DNA of 64,000 nucleotides, from positions 434,001-498,000 of the forward strand of contig NW_025767293.1 of the NCBI RefSeq assembly GCF_003918875.1, written 5' to 3'. Position 1 is the first letter of the stretch. Each line of letters begins with the position of its first letter. This document shows positions 49,052 through 62,900 of this stretch, in pieces. A program made the translations under genes and the position numbers. The notes below the pieces were generated by a model. The model saw nothing but the letters and a program-made list of their open reading frames with translations. It did not search any database and was not told where the DNA came from. The stretch comes from Haliotis rubra (Eukaryota).

Positions 49052-50715
49052 CTAATAGTCAAACTGTTGGTCAATGTCACCAACATATTCACAAATATCA
49101 TCATATCCAAGTTTCAAAATGATGTCTCTGTCACTTAGCAGCTGCAGTAAAGCTTCACATTTTTCTTTGCTTCTTTTCACAACTTCCCCCTATTTGCCCC
49201 TTGTACTTTCCAGACACAATCAAAGCATGTGCATGATCATGTTTGGGAATCACAGTCTCCAGACTTGATTGTGACAGTCCCTCCAGTACTCGCCCTTCCT
49301 CAGTCCGACATACACAGTTATCTACACTGACAACGTCCACCACTATAACTTTTGACTTGTAATATTTGCCACTCTTAAACTTTTTGTCAACAATCCGAAC
49401 CCTAATGTCTGGTCTTGCCCACAGGTACACATCATTTGCATTGTACCCATTTTCTTGTTTAGCCTTTTTATCCTCTGGCAAATAACTTGAACTTCTTTTG
49501 ACAGAATTAGTTTCATCGTCTGACAAATCCCCGACTGGACTTGTGTTTCCTTTTTCTGTCATGTTCAGTGTGTTTTGAGCGTTCAATAACTGGACTTGAG
49601 TATCGATCATGTTTACTATGATCAGCATGTTTTCTGTCATCATGTGGACTTCTACTGTGACCCCTGTGAGATTTCTTTCTTCTGCTTTTTTCATGGGGAC
49701 TTCTGCTTCTAGATCTATGTTTGTCTTTTTTCTTCTTTTCCTCTTCCTTCTTATACTTATCAACTTTTCCCTTATTGAGATATTTTGAAAACTTTTCATA
49801 ATCTTTCTTTGACACCAATTCAACAGAATACTGGGAAATTGTCACAATTTTTCCACTGAGCGTTAATTTCACCATAATCCTTGCATTGTCATCATCTAAA
49901 CCTTCAATAACTCCATACATATCTCTACTAGTACCTTTAGTTATTAAACAAAAGGCACCCTTCTTCAACTCTAATTCATCTTCTTTATCATGGCCCTTTT
50001 CAGATACAGCACCATTTTTCATTTGTAAGTTTGTACTTCTATCTGCACCAAGTCCAAGTCCTTTAGGTCTTAAAATTGCTTCTGGAGGTGGAACAAGTTC
50101 CTTATTTTTACCAATACCTTCACCATCCTTCCAGCCCATACCTCTGAGCATTGCAAAGCCAAACTGGTCTATTGGTATTTGTTCGTAGTCAGCATCTTCT
50201 GGGCCATCCGGCCTCAGTGACACATCCAGTTTATCATCAGTTTCGAAACCTTCGGGAACCTTATTACGAACAAGTAAAGGAACACTTAAATTTGGATCGG
50301 GCTGCCCGCGGCCAGTCCAGTTCTGATTTTCAAGTGCACTCGCTTCAATAATTTCTCTTGTCGCCTGCTCTGTTAGAGTCAAGTCTTCTTTCACTACTTT
50401 GGGTTCTGTATCGTCTTTGCTGTCGACTGAGTTTGTCTTATCACTTTCTTCCTTTAGCTGGTCTTTCTTCTCCAAGAACGGAGTCCTCCAGTTATTGCTC
50501 TTTATCAACGGAATAACAAATTGTTTCGGGGCTGTATCGGTTGGTTTTGAGCTTTTGACTTCCTTACCCTCGAACGAGTACACAAAATCCGTTTCTTCTT
50601 CCTTTTTCTTTTCTGAATCGCTGACGACAGATGTTTGTAATTTTTTGTTGTCAATTTTCTTGGCAAAACCAAAAGAAAACCCTCCCTTCTTCGCGTTTGT
50701 TTCGTCGTCCGCCAT
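49052..50715 (-). CDS. GPKOW: G-patch domain and KOW motifs-containing protein (Spp2/MOS2 homologue), intronless, ~553 aa after correcting two 1-nt insertions (49529-49532, 49186-49190)
   Basis: FSFGF N-terminus, VIPLIKSNNW, G-patch DYEQIPIDQFGFAMLRGMGWKDGEGIGK..RPKGLGLGAD, KOW1, WARPDIRVRIVDKKFKSGKYYKSK..VCRTEEGRVLEG..LETVIPK, and in a third frame EVVKRSKEKCEALLQL...LGYDDICEYVG. Confidence 0.93.
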
Positions 50716-50860
50716 TTTGAGACACTCGCTGAACCAACTTCCTGTGCAACTCGTTTACCCGCTGTTGAATCGTAATGCTTTCATACAGTGTTCGGTTGAA
50801 AGAGTTGTCATGCCGTGAAAAGTTGGGATACGGCCACGAAACGTCCTCGCTACGTCAGGC

Positions 50861-51003
50861 CAGAGACCATATCATATACTATATTATGGTCTCTGGTCCA
50901 CAGACCCTCGAGTCTTTGCGAGGATTAAAGATTTTTAAAAATATATTTAAAAAATCAACAAAAATATTAATTTTTAACCCTCGCAAAGACACGAGGGCCT
51001 GTG
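50861..51003. mobile_element. Two adjacent palindromic mini-transposons upstream of GPKOW (50861-50895, 7-bp TSD GTCAGGC; 50899-51003, 8-bp TSD CTCTGGTC)
   Basis: CAGAGACCATA/TATGGTCTCTG and ~33-bp CACAGACCCTCG.../...CGAGGGCCTGTG inverted repeats with direct repeats on the flanks. Confidence 0.75.
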
Positions 51004-51616
51004 CTCTGGTCAGGCGAATATATTCCAACGTTTATATTATTACGCAATGTGGAGCCCGCAATTTTATAAAAATGAAATGTATGATAACAGTTTACAAAAT
51101 CCATATCCGCGATCACTGCAATAGCTTGTGCTAATACTTTCTGTGGAAGTTACAGCCAGGACTTTTTAGAAGTGTGTGTGTGCGTGCGCGCGCGCACATA
51201 GCTCATAAGGTCAACAAGTATAAACTGGAAAGGGTCAGGCATCTTGGTGTATTATTTGCCAAGTTTTCGTTAAGGTGTATTATATTGCAATGCTTTGGTG
51301 TATTATATTGCACTCTTTGCATTGTGTATTGTTTAGTTGTGTTGTATTTCACTCTTTCCTGTGTTTAGGTGTAATATATTGTACTGTTTACTTGTATTAT
51401 ATTGCACTGTTAATGACATAAGTCAACAGTTCTGGTATGAATACTTACCAATCATAAAAACAGTAGAAAAATTTAGTGGTTAAATCAACGATCATCATAC
51501 ATCTGTAGGTACATATCCCAGTACCGTCATCGACATGTATGAACCGACTAAATTATATGAACTCGATTTTATTGTTATATTGCCTGATTGCATGAGATAG
51601 TAAAATAAGCAGTGCA

Positions 51617-51769
51617 NNNNNNNNNNNNNNNNNNNNNNNNNNNNNNNNNNNNNNNNNNNNNNNNNNNNNNNNNNNNNNNNNNNNNNNNNNNNNNNNNNNN
51701 NNNNNNNNNNNNNNNNNNNNNNNNNNNNNNNNNNNNNNNNNNNNNNNNNNNNNNNNNNNNNNNNNNNNN
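51617..51769. other. Assembly gap (N run)
   Basis: 153 N. Confidence 1.
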
Positions 51770-52193
51770 ATGTCTGACAAATGCATGCTGACCGTTTATA
51801 TTATACCCTTTTTGAGCCCACACTTCAACACTACAGATAATAAACTTCTATTAGTAACTGAACCAACCTTTGTTAAATTAAAGTCCAGTCAATTCATTCA
51901 TTTCATTTCACAATGTATATTAATGCATACTCAAGTTTCTCTTTTCATGTTGCCATGTGCACATGGTGTAGTTACTTTGAAGGCAAACAAATCTGCATGT
52001 TATGTATGTATAGAAAGGTGACATAATGCATATGCGATGTACACTTCTTGATCATGTAACCGTAGGGCCTTGAACAATACCAGTGGGTTTGGTTTGATTG
52101 TTGTTTAACACCGCACTCAGCAGTATATACCACATACTAGTATATGTCGGCGATCTGTAATCGAGTCTGGACCAGACAATCCAGTGACAATCC

Positions 52194-52657
52194 GGTCAAT
52201 ATGCTTCAAGATAAAAATTCAAAAAATGCATAAGAGAAAGGAATCATTCTGGACTGCATCCTTGCACCATATGTGCATTGAAAACGTCATTAATCCTACA
52301 TGGCCCAATCTTGATTATTTACTGTCAGTCATTTACATCACAGTCTGCAAATAATGAAGATTGTGTGAAATGGGGCTTACTATCGTGGTATGAGTAGAGT
52401 ATATATGTACAAGTAGTGAGTTGAGTTTTACGCCGCACTCAGCAATATTCTAGCTATATGTCGGCGAACTGTAAATAATCGAGTCTGGATCAGACAATCC
52501 AGTGATCAACAGCATGAGCATCGATCTACGTAATTGGGATACGATGACATGTGTCAACCAAGTCAGGGAGCCTGACCACCCGATCCCGTTAGTTGCCTCT
52601 TACGACAAGCATATAGCTAGGTTACTGAAGATCAATCTAACCCGGATCTTCACGGGT
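52194..52657 (-). repeat. Inverted duplicate of 58040-58530 (family B SINE plus ~230 bp of 3' flank)
   Basis: 52194-52414 is the reverse complement of 58296-58530 apart from a ~13-bp indel and a few substitutions. Confidence 0.9.
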
Positions 52658-53941
52658 ACAATACCAACGGGAAACCTTCATTTGCCCCACTGAAGACGGA
52701 CATCGTTGGAGCTGTTTTATTTACTGAAAAATCAGGGAGAACAGGGTGGACCTTTTTTGTATTGCTCAGCGTGTACAATACGTGTTATCCGCAAACAGTT
52801 TTATCCATACACACGGTTAAGTGTCACAAGGTCAACACCCATGCCGAAATATTTTAAAAGTTTTACAGACCTGAAAAAAGATCTGAAATTAAAACTCTTC
52901 ACAGCCTTAGATTAACAGAATACAATCATCTCCAAAAATATTGTCATCTAGGAGCCACCTTTGATGATGTTACTCTTTACTGCATTTATTCTAGAAACGA
53001 TATTACTGCCGCCATATACCTCGAATATTGCTGAGAGGCAACAAACCAATAACCAGGTATAAATACCGTTGAATAAAGCGTTACTATGTTAGTTTCTGAT
53101 TCTACGAATTCATATTAACCAAAGTTATTGTTCTTCGATCTGGTCAAAATACATCGACCCGGTCACTTGATAACATTTACCTAACTGCAGAGACATAACA
53201 CGTATATATGTATGCTATAATGATTAATACTTCTTTGCATAGGCGTGGGAAATATATCCCGAGGTTGTTAATATGCCGAAGCAACCTTTAATAAACTGAT
53301 CAATAGTATACCTACCGCTGAAAATATGTCCATATAATCTACAAACGGATTTACGAATGAAAAAATCCCACATGACTAATTACATGTAGTTTTCGTAAGT
53401 ATATGTCATGGGCGGATCCAGGAATTTTGAAAGGGGGTGGGGTGGGTGGGGGTTCAGGGGCTCCGCCAACGCAAAAATACCATTTTCAATGTGGTCTTAA
53501 GTCAATTTCAAAAGCCCCCATGTATGTGACCTTTATTCATGTACAGCTCTTCATAACAATGCGATACACTATATACGTCTCGCAACTTAGTGAAAATTCA
53601 AATATGTACACTACAGAATACAATAAGAGGCTCTTGTAGCAACTTCGGAGGTTAGACTACATTTCAATTATTTATAACAAGAATCTGATATTTGTAGATA
53701 CATATTCATTCAGTTTTTAGTTATGTGGCCTTGATCTATTTCCACATTAGCTCTCTTATTAGGTTATAAGTCCCCATATTAGTTCCCACAGAAAACCGCT
53801 GAGATAACTGTCGATTTTGTTGTGCTGTGGTCATCCAAGAAAGAAATAAGGGCTATTCTCTGATTAAATTTCGTGCCGTGTCAAAACATTACACCGCGCC
53901 ATCTATAAGGTCACGTGACCTATCTAAACACAACAGGCAAG

Positions 53942-56900
53942 ATGGCGGACTCGGTTGCAGGTAGGTTTGCCGGGAAAAAAGTTGAGAAATCAGATGATAA
54001 CAACAATAAAATCAAGGCATGCATGTTACAGATTAATATTGTAATAAGGAAATTCCAAGAAACTATGTATAACTGCAAAACATATCTTCGCAATCACAAA
54101 TAGAGCTTTCGATACTGAAACAAGTGCTCACTCAAAAATCTCGTGCATCCAACTTGATCAAGATTTTGGTTGTCAAAAAAGAGGACTATCTCGGTCGAAT
54201 CGTAACGGTAAATAACTGTAATTTTGCCACCAGTTAATGTCAAACTGAATACATTAGGAGGGGATAGATTGGACGGATTGTCAGTGTAGTATCTGTGCAA
54301 ATATTGATGTTGGAAGATGTTGCCTATCTGACAATGCATGGAATCTAAAATAAAGCGGTTTGGGAATGTGATCGTACCTCAGCAATCGATTCTCCAATCT
54401 CAATATTTCACTATGAAGGCACCAGTAATGTTTTCTTTTCATATGTACTTGTAATCAAGATGCCAAACAAAATACATACCCGAATACGCCTTTGGCCATG
54501 TCACTACAAATTGAACTAGTTTTTCAGGCAGATTCCTATATAAAATCTTCTATTTCCTAATCATAGACATATCAGTTGTGCACATGACTTGGTGAATTTC
54601 TTCTTTCTTTAGTTACTTCGTGATAAACAGTTTTGTTAATGTGACCTAATGGGGATGTACTTTGTGGCAGAAATATGCATTCTATATTTCCTTATATGTG
54701 AATAAAGAGTATGATTTCCATTTAAAACACAAAACTGGAAGCAGTTTCATGCATCTGCCATGTTATTTTACTCAGAACTTCACCTCCATTTTACAAATGT
54801 ATGTTATCTACAGTAATGTTGTGGTTGCAACATTATTATGTGAAATTGCTGTAGTTTATACTTGCCAACAAACGATCAGATAGGACAAAGTGGCCACAGG
54901 ACACTCTGATAACGATGTTTCATACTTGAAAAATACTTCTGAGCAACCTTTTGTTTCAGTGAATCTCATTTCACCATCAGAAGGAAATGAAATAAGTTTG
55001 TACCCTATCTTTTCACTGAGATTGTTAATGGGATTACTTTATGAATTTGGGGCGGTGGGGTAGCCTAGTGGTTATAGCGTCCGCTCGTCAGGCGGAAGAC
55101 TGAGTTTAGTTTTACGCCGCTTTTAGCAATATTCCAGCAATATCACGGCGGGGTACAATGGGCTTCACACATTGTGCCCATGTGGAGAATTGAACCCGGG
55201 TCTTCGGCGTGACGAGCCAACGCTTGAACCACTAGGCTACCCAACTGCCCCTCAGGCGGAAGAACCGGGTTCGATTCCCCATATGGGTACAATGTGTGAA
55301 GCCCATTTCTGGTGTCCCCTGCCGTGACATTGCTGGAATATTGCTAAAAGCGGTGTAAAACTAAGCTCACTCACTTTATGAATTATTTATGTGTATTCAA
55401 GAATTCACCGGTTTCCTTCAGCAACTTTGCACTATCACTGTAACATATGTTACAATTGTAATTATGCTTTCTTTGTATCATAATAATTCTTGTAGTTTTT
55501 GTATTATATTCGGATGAATACCAAACCTAATCACCAGCACAGCCACCTCTCGACCTTCCATGAAATGATAGGGGCGGTGAGGTAGCCTAATGGTTAAAGC
55601 GTTGGCTCGTCACGCCGAAGACTCGGGTTCGAATCCCCACATGGGTACAATATGTGAAGCCCATTTCTGGTGTCCCCCGCCGTGATGTTGCTGGAATATT
55701 GCTTAAAGCGGCGTAAAACCAAACTCAGTCAGTCAGTCAGTCCATGAAATGATAGCTTGACAACTGGTAGCCTGAATCATATACTCCTCCAATAAGGGTA
55801 AAATGGAATGATTCTCATGGCTGGAAGCTGTAGCAGGCATTGTGTATTCATGCATTATCACCAGCTTATGATGTTTTCTTAATTAACAGAAATGAGTGAT
55901 TTCTAAGCATGTCCATCATATTCCAAAAACGGATTGTAACAGCTTCATTGATGCTGATACCATGACTCTTGAAGCAAGCTGTGACCCCATTACACACTGT
56001 GATCTTAATGCTGCGATTGTCATTAGTTTATATTGAGTTTATAGTTGTATGTGATTACGATTGTCATGTAGATATTGGCAAAAACTTAGATTACAATTGA
56101 AACTGACTTTTGCTCCTGACTTAGCTCAATGTTGGCCTCTAAGCAGGTATAGATAAATTCCTCCCACTAGAATTTCTTATGGTCAGCTTGTATTAGTCCA
56201 TATACTGAGACTTGTCTACTGACAGTTAATGGTGGTCTAATTAATGGAAATAATCGAAGATTGACTAATTGAGCAATCAATCATGTTTTCTCATAATTGA
56301 ACGCAAACAATTTTGGAACACTTGTTTGCATTAACAATATTTTTCACAAGGTTGGTTTTGTCTGTTACATTTCATAAGCACTACAAGCTTGTTCCAAGTC
56401 ATGATTGAATTTATCTTAAAGACTAGGAAATTTATGTTCCTAACATACTAGTCATACTTTAAAGATGTGAAATTTGCAAATGCATTTTGTGCAATTTGAA
56501 AATAAAATGCGGAAGAACTACATGTTTTTACTATATTTTTTTGTGCATTAAGAAACATAACCAGCAAAATTTAATAAATGAAGCTAACCAATTATTTTCG
56601 ATGGTTGCTCTGTTGCAATGAAACAACCATCACTTATGAGGTTTTAACCAATTCCCAACACTCCTGACAGTAATGCCAAAGTACAACTCCATGGTTTGGG
56701 CACACACTGTGATGATAATGCAGTCACAGCTGCTTCATTATTTTCCAAGTGAAAACAATTATCAGGATATGGTAATGGTGTTCATTACACATACACATTA
56801 CACATAGTTGTTTACACTAGAGGCAATTCTGTTGTTTGTAGATGTGAAATACAGAAGTCTAAATTAGGAAAACAACCATTTCTTTTCTTATTTTTAAAAT

Positions 56901-59900
56901 TTGGCTAGATGTCATAAGGACTAGTTGACTGAACATGCTATTTTTCTAGTGCTGTGCTTTGGGCACAATATATCAGTAGTATTCGGGTGTGCTGTTGTAT
57001 CTCACACTGCAGAATAGGTGCTGTTGTTGGGATTGTGGGTTAGAACTGGTTCAGTGGTAACAGTTTCAAGAGATGGTCAAGCTTGTGTGGATGGATGCTC
57101 ATGTCAGCCACTGGTTTGTCTGGTTCAGATTCATTTGTTTACAGACCACTTTCATGTAGGTGGAATATTGCTTTGTCTCCAAATGAGAATGATGAATGGC
57201 GAAGTAACTCAAGATCGAGAATAGTCTAGTAAATGTTTTTATCATAGTGTGGCAGTAAACACCGAACAAACAGAAGTTTGAATATATGACAATTTCAGGG
57301 ATATGTCATGGTGTAGGTCTGTAAGTTTATCATTCAAAATTTTCCATTTTATTCTACCATTCAACATGTCTAACATTAGATCATAATGAAACTGAGGACT
57401 GCAGGTAACGTCAGTACATGACACGTTTTATGGATAACTGTAGGCAACATTGCAGCCTGTGAAATTGCGATATGCACAGACTTCGTTCAGCTAGTATAAC
57501 ACATATTTTTCACAACATTATCTAGTATCTGTTTTTTATGAATACATTCAGTCAGAATGTAGTGTTGTCTTGCATTTGTGATGAAACACAAGAAGTAGGT
57601 TTGATTCAACCATTGATATGAATGATATTTTCAGATTCAACTAAAAGTGAAGATAGTGAAAACAATACAGAGAGTACTGAGAGGGTGAGTAAAATGATTT
57701 CATTCACTAATAACCTTTGTGTATGACACATGTTAAAGATTGTCCCAGCTTGATTATTTAGAGGACCTATATTGGATGACGATTGTACCTAAAGAGTGGT
57801 TTCCAACCTTTTATGTGTCATACCAAAAGATGCTGGTCCTCCTTGTTACCCAGCCTGGCTAGTCTCAGCATTAAGTACATAAAACAAGGACTGGTTGGTT
57901 TGAAGTCAGTGTACTGTATTGAGTAGTGTTTCCCTATTTAACTCTGACATGGTATCACAGTGGGCTTGCTCTGTGAAACAGGCATATGTCCATGTATACA
58001 CACACACGTGTATGCACTGCTACTACTTGTACTACCTGTATAAAGGTCCGGGTTAGAATATTGATCTTCAGTAACCCATGCTTATCGTAAGAGGCAACTA
58101 ATGGGATCGGGTGGTCAGGCTCGCTGACTTGGTTGACACATCACATGACATGTCATCATATCCTAATTGCGTAGATCGATGCTCATGCTGTTGATCACTG
58201 GATTGTCTGGTCCAGACTCGATTATTTACAGACCACTGCCGCAATATACCTGGAATATTGCTGAATGCGGCATAAAACTCAACTCACTCACTCACTACTT
58301 GTACATATATATTCTACTCATACCACAATAGTAAGCCCCATTTCACACAATCTTCATTATTTGCAGACTGTGATGTAATTGACTGACAGTAAATGATCAA
58401 GATTGGGCCATGTAGGATTAATATGAGCCACTGATGACGTTTTCAATGCACATATGGTGCAATGATGCAGTCCAGAATGATTCCTTTCTCTTATGCATTT
58501 TTTGAATTTCTATCTTGAAGCATATTGACCATGTCTGCCATGAATGACTCCTGTTATAAAGTTGATAACTTGTTCCACGAATAGTGTGGTGATATATGGT
58601 AAAACTAGGCCATGATACAATATGTGTGACGATACATAGGTTATGATACATATTGTGTTATGCATATTTATGATAGATTGTGTAGAACTTCTTGAATATA
58701 AATATTTTAGTGCAGTCTCAAATTCAAAAGGAAAAACTGGGTTTTGTCCTCATGTTCAAAGGGTATTTTTAGTTGTGAATTTAAAATGTCAGTTGCAATT
58801 TTGCAATATTTGACAGATTAAAATGCTAGGGATCATTAAATGAATAATTTATTTTAGCAAGGGTATCGTCTTGTATTGATACAGAAACAATGTATTGTTT
58901 CTTGTGTCATTGTTTGCAAGCTCATGGTGCAGCCAACAAATTATGGCTTCATCCCTACTGCTAAGTAGGCTTAAAAGAATGATAATCGGAAATATCATTG
59001 ATAGGAAAAATATTAACGATTAACGACACGAAACTGTCTCATTGATAATATATTACCGGTACATATACTATTGTGATTTCATAAAACCTTTATGTACACA
59101 CACAATACACAAAAGTTACATCTTTAATCATGGGCTGCTTCTGAATTATGTTCATAACGATTATTACTAATGTTAGTAATTCTTTCATAAAATGTCACCA
59201 CTCACCAGTAACTTGAAAAATGTTACTGGTAAATGGTATGTCTAATAAAATACTTGGGTTGGGAATATCAGAAAGCAAGGATGTCTAAGTTCTAGTCACA
59301 ATTAATTAATGTGATCAATGTAAGTAAGACTGCCTGACTTAATCCCCCTTTTATTTTATGATTGTTTACAGGTATCAACATCAACAGAGGGCCCAGCAGG
59401 AGCAGCAGGTTAGTTACCTTACAGAAGGCTAGGGTAGCTCAGTAGTGAAAGCACAGCTTATCACGGGCTGAACATCTAGGTTTGATTTCCCAATATGTTG
59501 AACCAAATCTCTTTTCATGATGTTGCTAGGATATTGCAGCATAAAGCCATAGTGGGTATTCTACCCTCAGATAATAATTTTATGAAAGGTATAGTGGTGT
59601 TGCTTTTGTTTTCTTTATCAGTGTGGAGCATGTCCAAATACAATAATATATGCCTTGTGCCTTTTCTATTTTGAATTGGTTTCAATGAGCCCATGCTTGG
59701 AGTACATGGATTAATTGGTCAGTTTGGTAGGGAGACAGAGAAATTCATGATAACCATGTAGAATGATGGTCTTGACACCAAATATTTGAATTAAAAATAC
59801 ACTTGATGTACCAGAACCCAAGATAAGTTGTGAATGTGCATAGAATGCAGTGTAAAACATGCACAAATCACCATACCTCATTAATTATTTAGTTCCTGGT

Positions 59901-62900
59901 GTACCATATTCGCATGAAAAATGATAAGTTAATGATGTATAGTAAAGTATCACACCTGGTTTATTATGGCTTAAACATGCACTGCTGTTACCAGCATATA
60001 CAATATGTGACAGATGCAGGTTAGAGGTCCTGAAACACAGTTTTCAACATAATTCTTTAAAACAGGTTGGCTCATTAGTTTGAAAATACTCATATGGACT
60101 GGTCCCAAGCATGTAAATGGAGTAACAATGTATTTTTTAAAATGTTGTTGAACACCCCACTTCGCAATATTGCAGCTATGTGGTGGTGGTCTGTAAATAA
60201 TCAAGTCTGGACCAGGCAATCCAGTGATCAACAGTGTGTGTGTTGATCTACGCAATTGGGATGTGATGACAAGTGTCGTATCCCAATTGTGTAGATCAAT
60301 GCTCATGCTGTTGATCACTAGATTTTAAATGTAATTAAAACAAAACCATCAGTACCCAATGTAAATGATAACATGTGAGTAATACTCAGTGGCTGAAGAA
60401 CTGTTATTGTCAGGATCTCAACAGGAGGCAAGCTGGTTATTCTCGTAATTGTGTGTAAATGTATGTAATTTCAGATCCTCCTCATAGGAATGGGGCATCT
60501 GTGATTCAGCCTTCCAAGCTTGGTGGATTTAGGCCTGGATTCTCAGGTACATATATTTTAATTACCTTGTAATTATTTCATTTATATTCACTGAATGTAT
60601 GTGAGGTAGTTTATCATTTGAACACTGTTCAACAGTTTTACTTTTTGATGCAATCTGTAATGGTACTTTAACATCATAAACCTTTGTCATTACAAATATG
60701 ATTTTGCTAAACATGTTAAATTGGTCCCGATTTTGTGTGTGACTTTGAACAAATATGCCTTCCGTTATGCTAAGTAATTTTATGTTTTTCTTCTCCAGCA
60801 TTTGGGGGATCAGGGGCGAATACCGGTAAGATAAAGTAGAATAATGTTTACTGTTTAATTGTTTTTTATGAATCGTTGAAGTTTTAGTTTTACACCCATC
60901 CATGACAGTGTTGGAACTCCTAGCCATGGTAGATTGTAATGTGTTAGTATTGTGGCCATAAAATACATTGTCCACAGAACCATAGAGGGTAACCACATCA
61001 ACAGTCAATCGGGTACTGATGTCAACTGAGGGATGAATTTGTGCTCTGTTAGGCCAACAAATGTAAATAATTAACAAAATATAGTTGTATTGATATCAGG
61101 GATAGAAATGCATTTTTTTTCAAACGGTGCCATAGGGCACAAAACAGATAATTTAGGTGTGCCTTTGTGAAAAAAAGTGTGCCCATCCCTTTTGATGATC
61201 TGGACTTGAAACATCACAACAGTTGTCATATTTCAATTTATTGGTTAATAAATCAGCATACATCATGTAAACCTGTAAACTTGAGAGATGGATTCCCTGA
61301 ACACTATCATGACTCCAAGAATAGTTCAGCTTCATTAGTCCTGGACCCATGAACAAACCCACAAGCTATGTTATCATCCTAAATGGGAATTCCTGTCATG
61401 GGCACTAGAATTCAATATGGCCATGTTAAGCTGTGAGATTGACTGTACCAACAGGATTTTCCCCCGACTCATAAACATGGGGGTCCCTGGAACCCCCAGT
61501 TATTAATTTATTGCATTTTCCATTACATGAATCATGGTGAGCATTGTTTGTATTTTTGGTGTCACTCCATTGCACTGTGAAAATATTTCATTTAAATATT
61601 TACCACTATTTCAATCACTGGATATACAAGATTTTTAAATGGGAAAGTCTGTAGCTCTTTGTAGTAATAAGTCAATAGCAGAAACGTTTATAGCGAGCAG
61701 CACATAGGTGTGGTTCTTGTAATTAATGCTTGTAGCAACAGTGTGGGGGATTCGATGGTGGCAATAGCTGTGTGGTGTAATGGTGAACAGCACTAGCTGT
61801 GTGTAGTAATGGGTGATGGCACCAGCTGTGTGGAGTAATGGGTGACAGCACCAGCTGTATGGAGTAATGGGTGATAGCGCTAGCTGTGTGGAGTAATGGG
61901 TGATAGAGCTAGCTGTGTGGAGTAATGGGTGATAGCACTAGCTGTGTGGAGTAATGGGTAACAGCACCAGCTGTATGGAGTAATGGGTGATAGCACTAGC
62001 TGTGTGGAGTAATGGGTGATAGCGCTAGCTGTTTGGAGTAATGGGTGATAGCACTAGCTGTGTGGAGTAATGGGTGACAGCACAGCTGTGTGGAGTAATG
62101 GGTGATAGCACTAGCTGTGTGGAGTAATGGGTGATAGCACTAGCTGTGTGGAGTAATGGGTGATAGCACTAGCTGTGTGGAGTAATGGGTAACAGCACCA
62201 GCTGTGTGGAGTAATGGGTGATAGCACTAGCTGTGTGGAGTAATGGGTGATAGCACTAGCTGTGTGAGTAAGTAACTAGCTGTGGAGTAATGGGTGATAG
62301 CACTAGCTGTGTGGAGTAATGGGTGATAGCACCAGCACTAGCCATGTGTGGAGTAATAGCTGTGTGGAGTAATGGGTGCAGCCAGCTGTGTGGAGTAATG
62401 GGTGACAGCACTAGCTGTGTGGAGTAATGGGTGATAGCACTAGCTGTGTGGAGTAATGGGTGATAGCACTAGCTGTGTGGAGTAATGGGTGACAGCACTA
62501 GCTGTGTGGAGTAATGGGTGATAGCACTAGCTGTGTGGAGTAATGGGTGATAGCACTAGCTGTGTGGAGTAATGGGTGGATAATGGCACCAGCTAGCTGT
62601 GTGTGGTGGAGTAATGGGTGATAGCACTAGCTGTGTGTGGATGGGTGACAGCACTAGCTAGCTGTGGAGTAATGGGTGACAGCACTAGCTGTTTGGAGTA
62701 ATGGGTGATAGCACTAGCCATGTGGAGTAATGGGTGACAGCATCAGCTGTGTGGAGTAATGGGTGATAGCACTAGCTGTGTGGAGTAATGGGTGATAGCA
62801 CTAGCTGTGTGGAGTAATGGGTGATAGCACTAGCTGTGTGGAGTAATGGATGATAGCACTAGCTGTGTGGAGTAATGGGTGATAGCACTAGCTGTGTGGA

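Noticed and set aside
55571-55645. tRNA genes at family A heads
   Set aside because: Each continues into the same body and microsatellite tail with TSDs, so they are SINEs
45592-60318. Recurring short ORFs such as MINSMSIDLRNW...
   Set aside because: Translations of SINE family B copies
60562-61077. 171-aa minus-strand ORF
   Set aside because: No recognisable motifs, non-ATG start, AT-rich intronic composition
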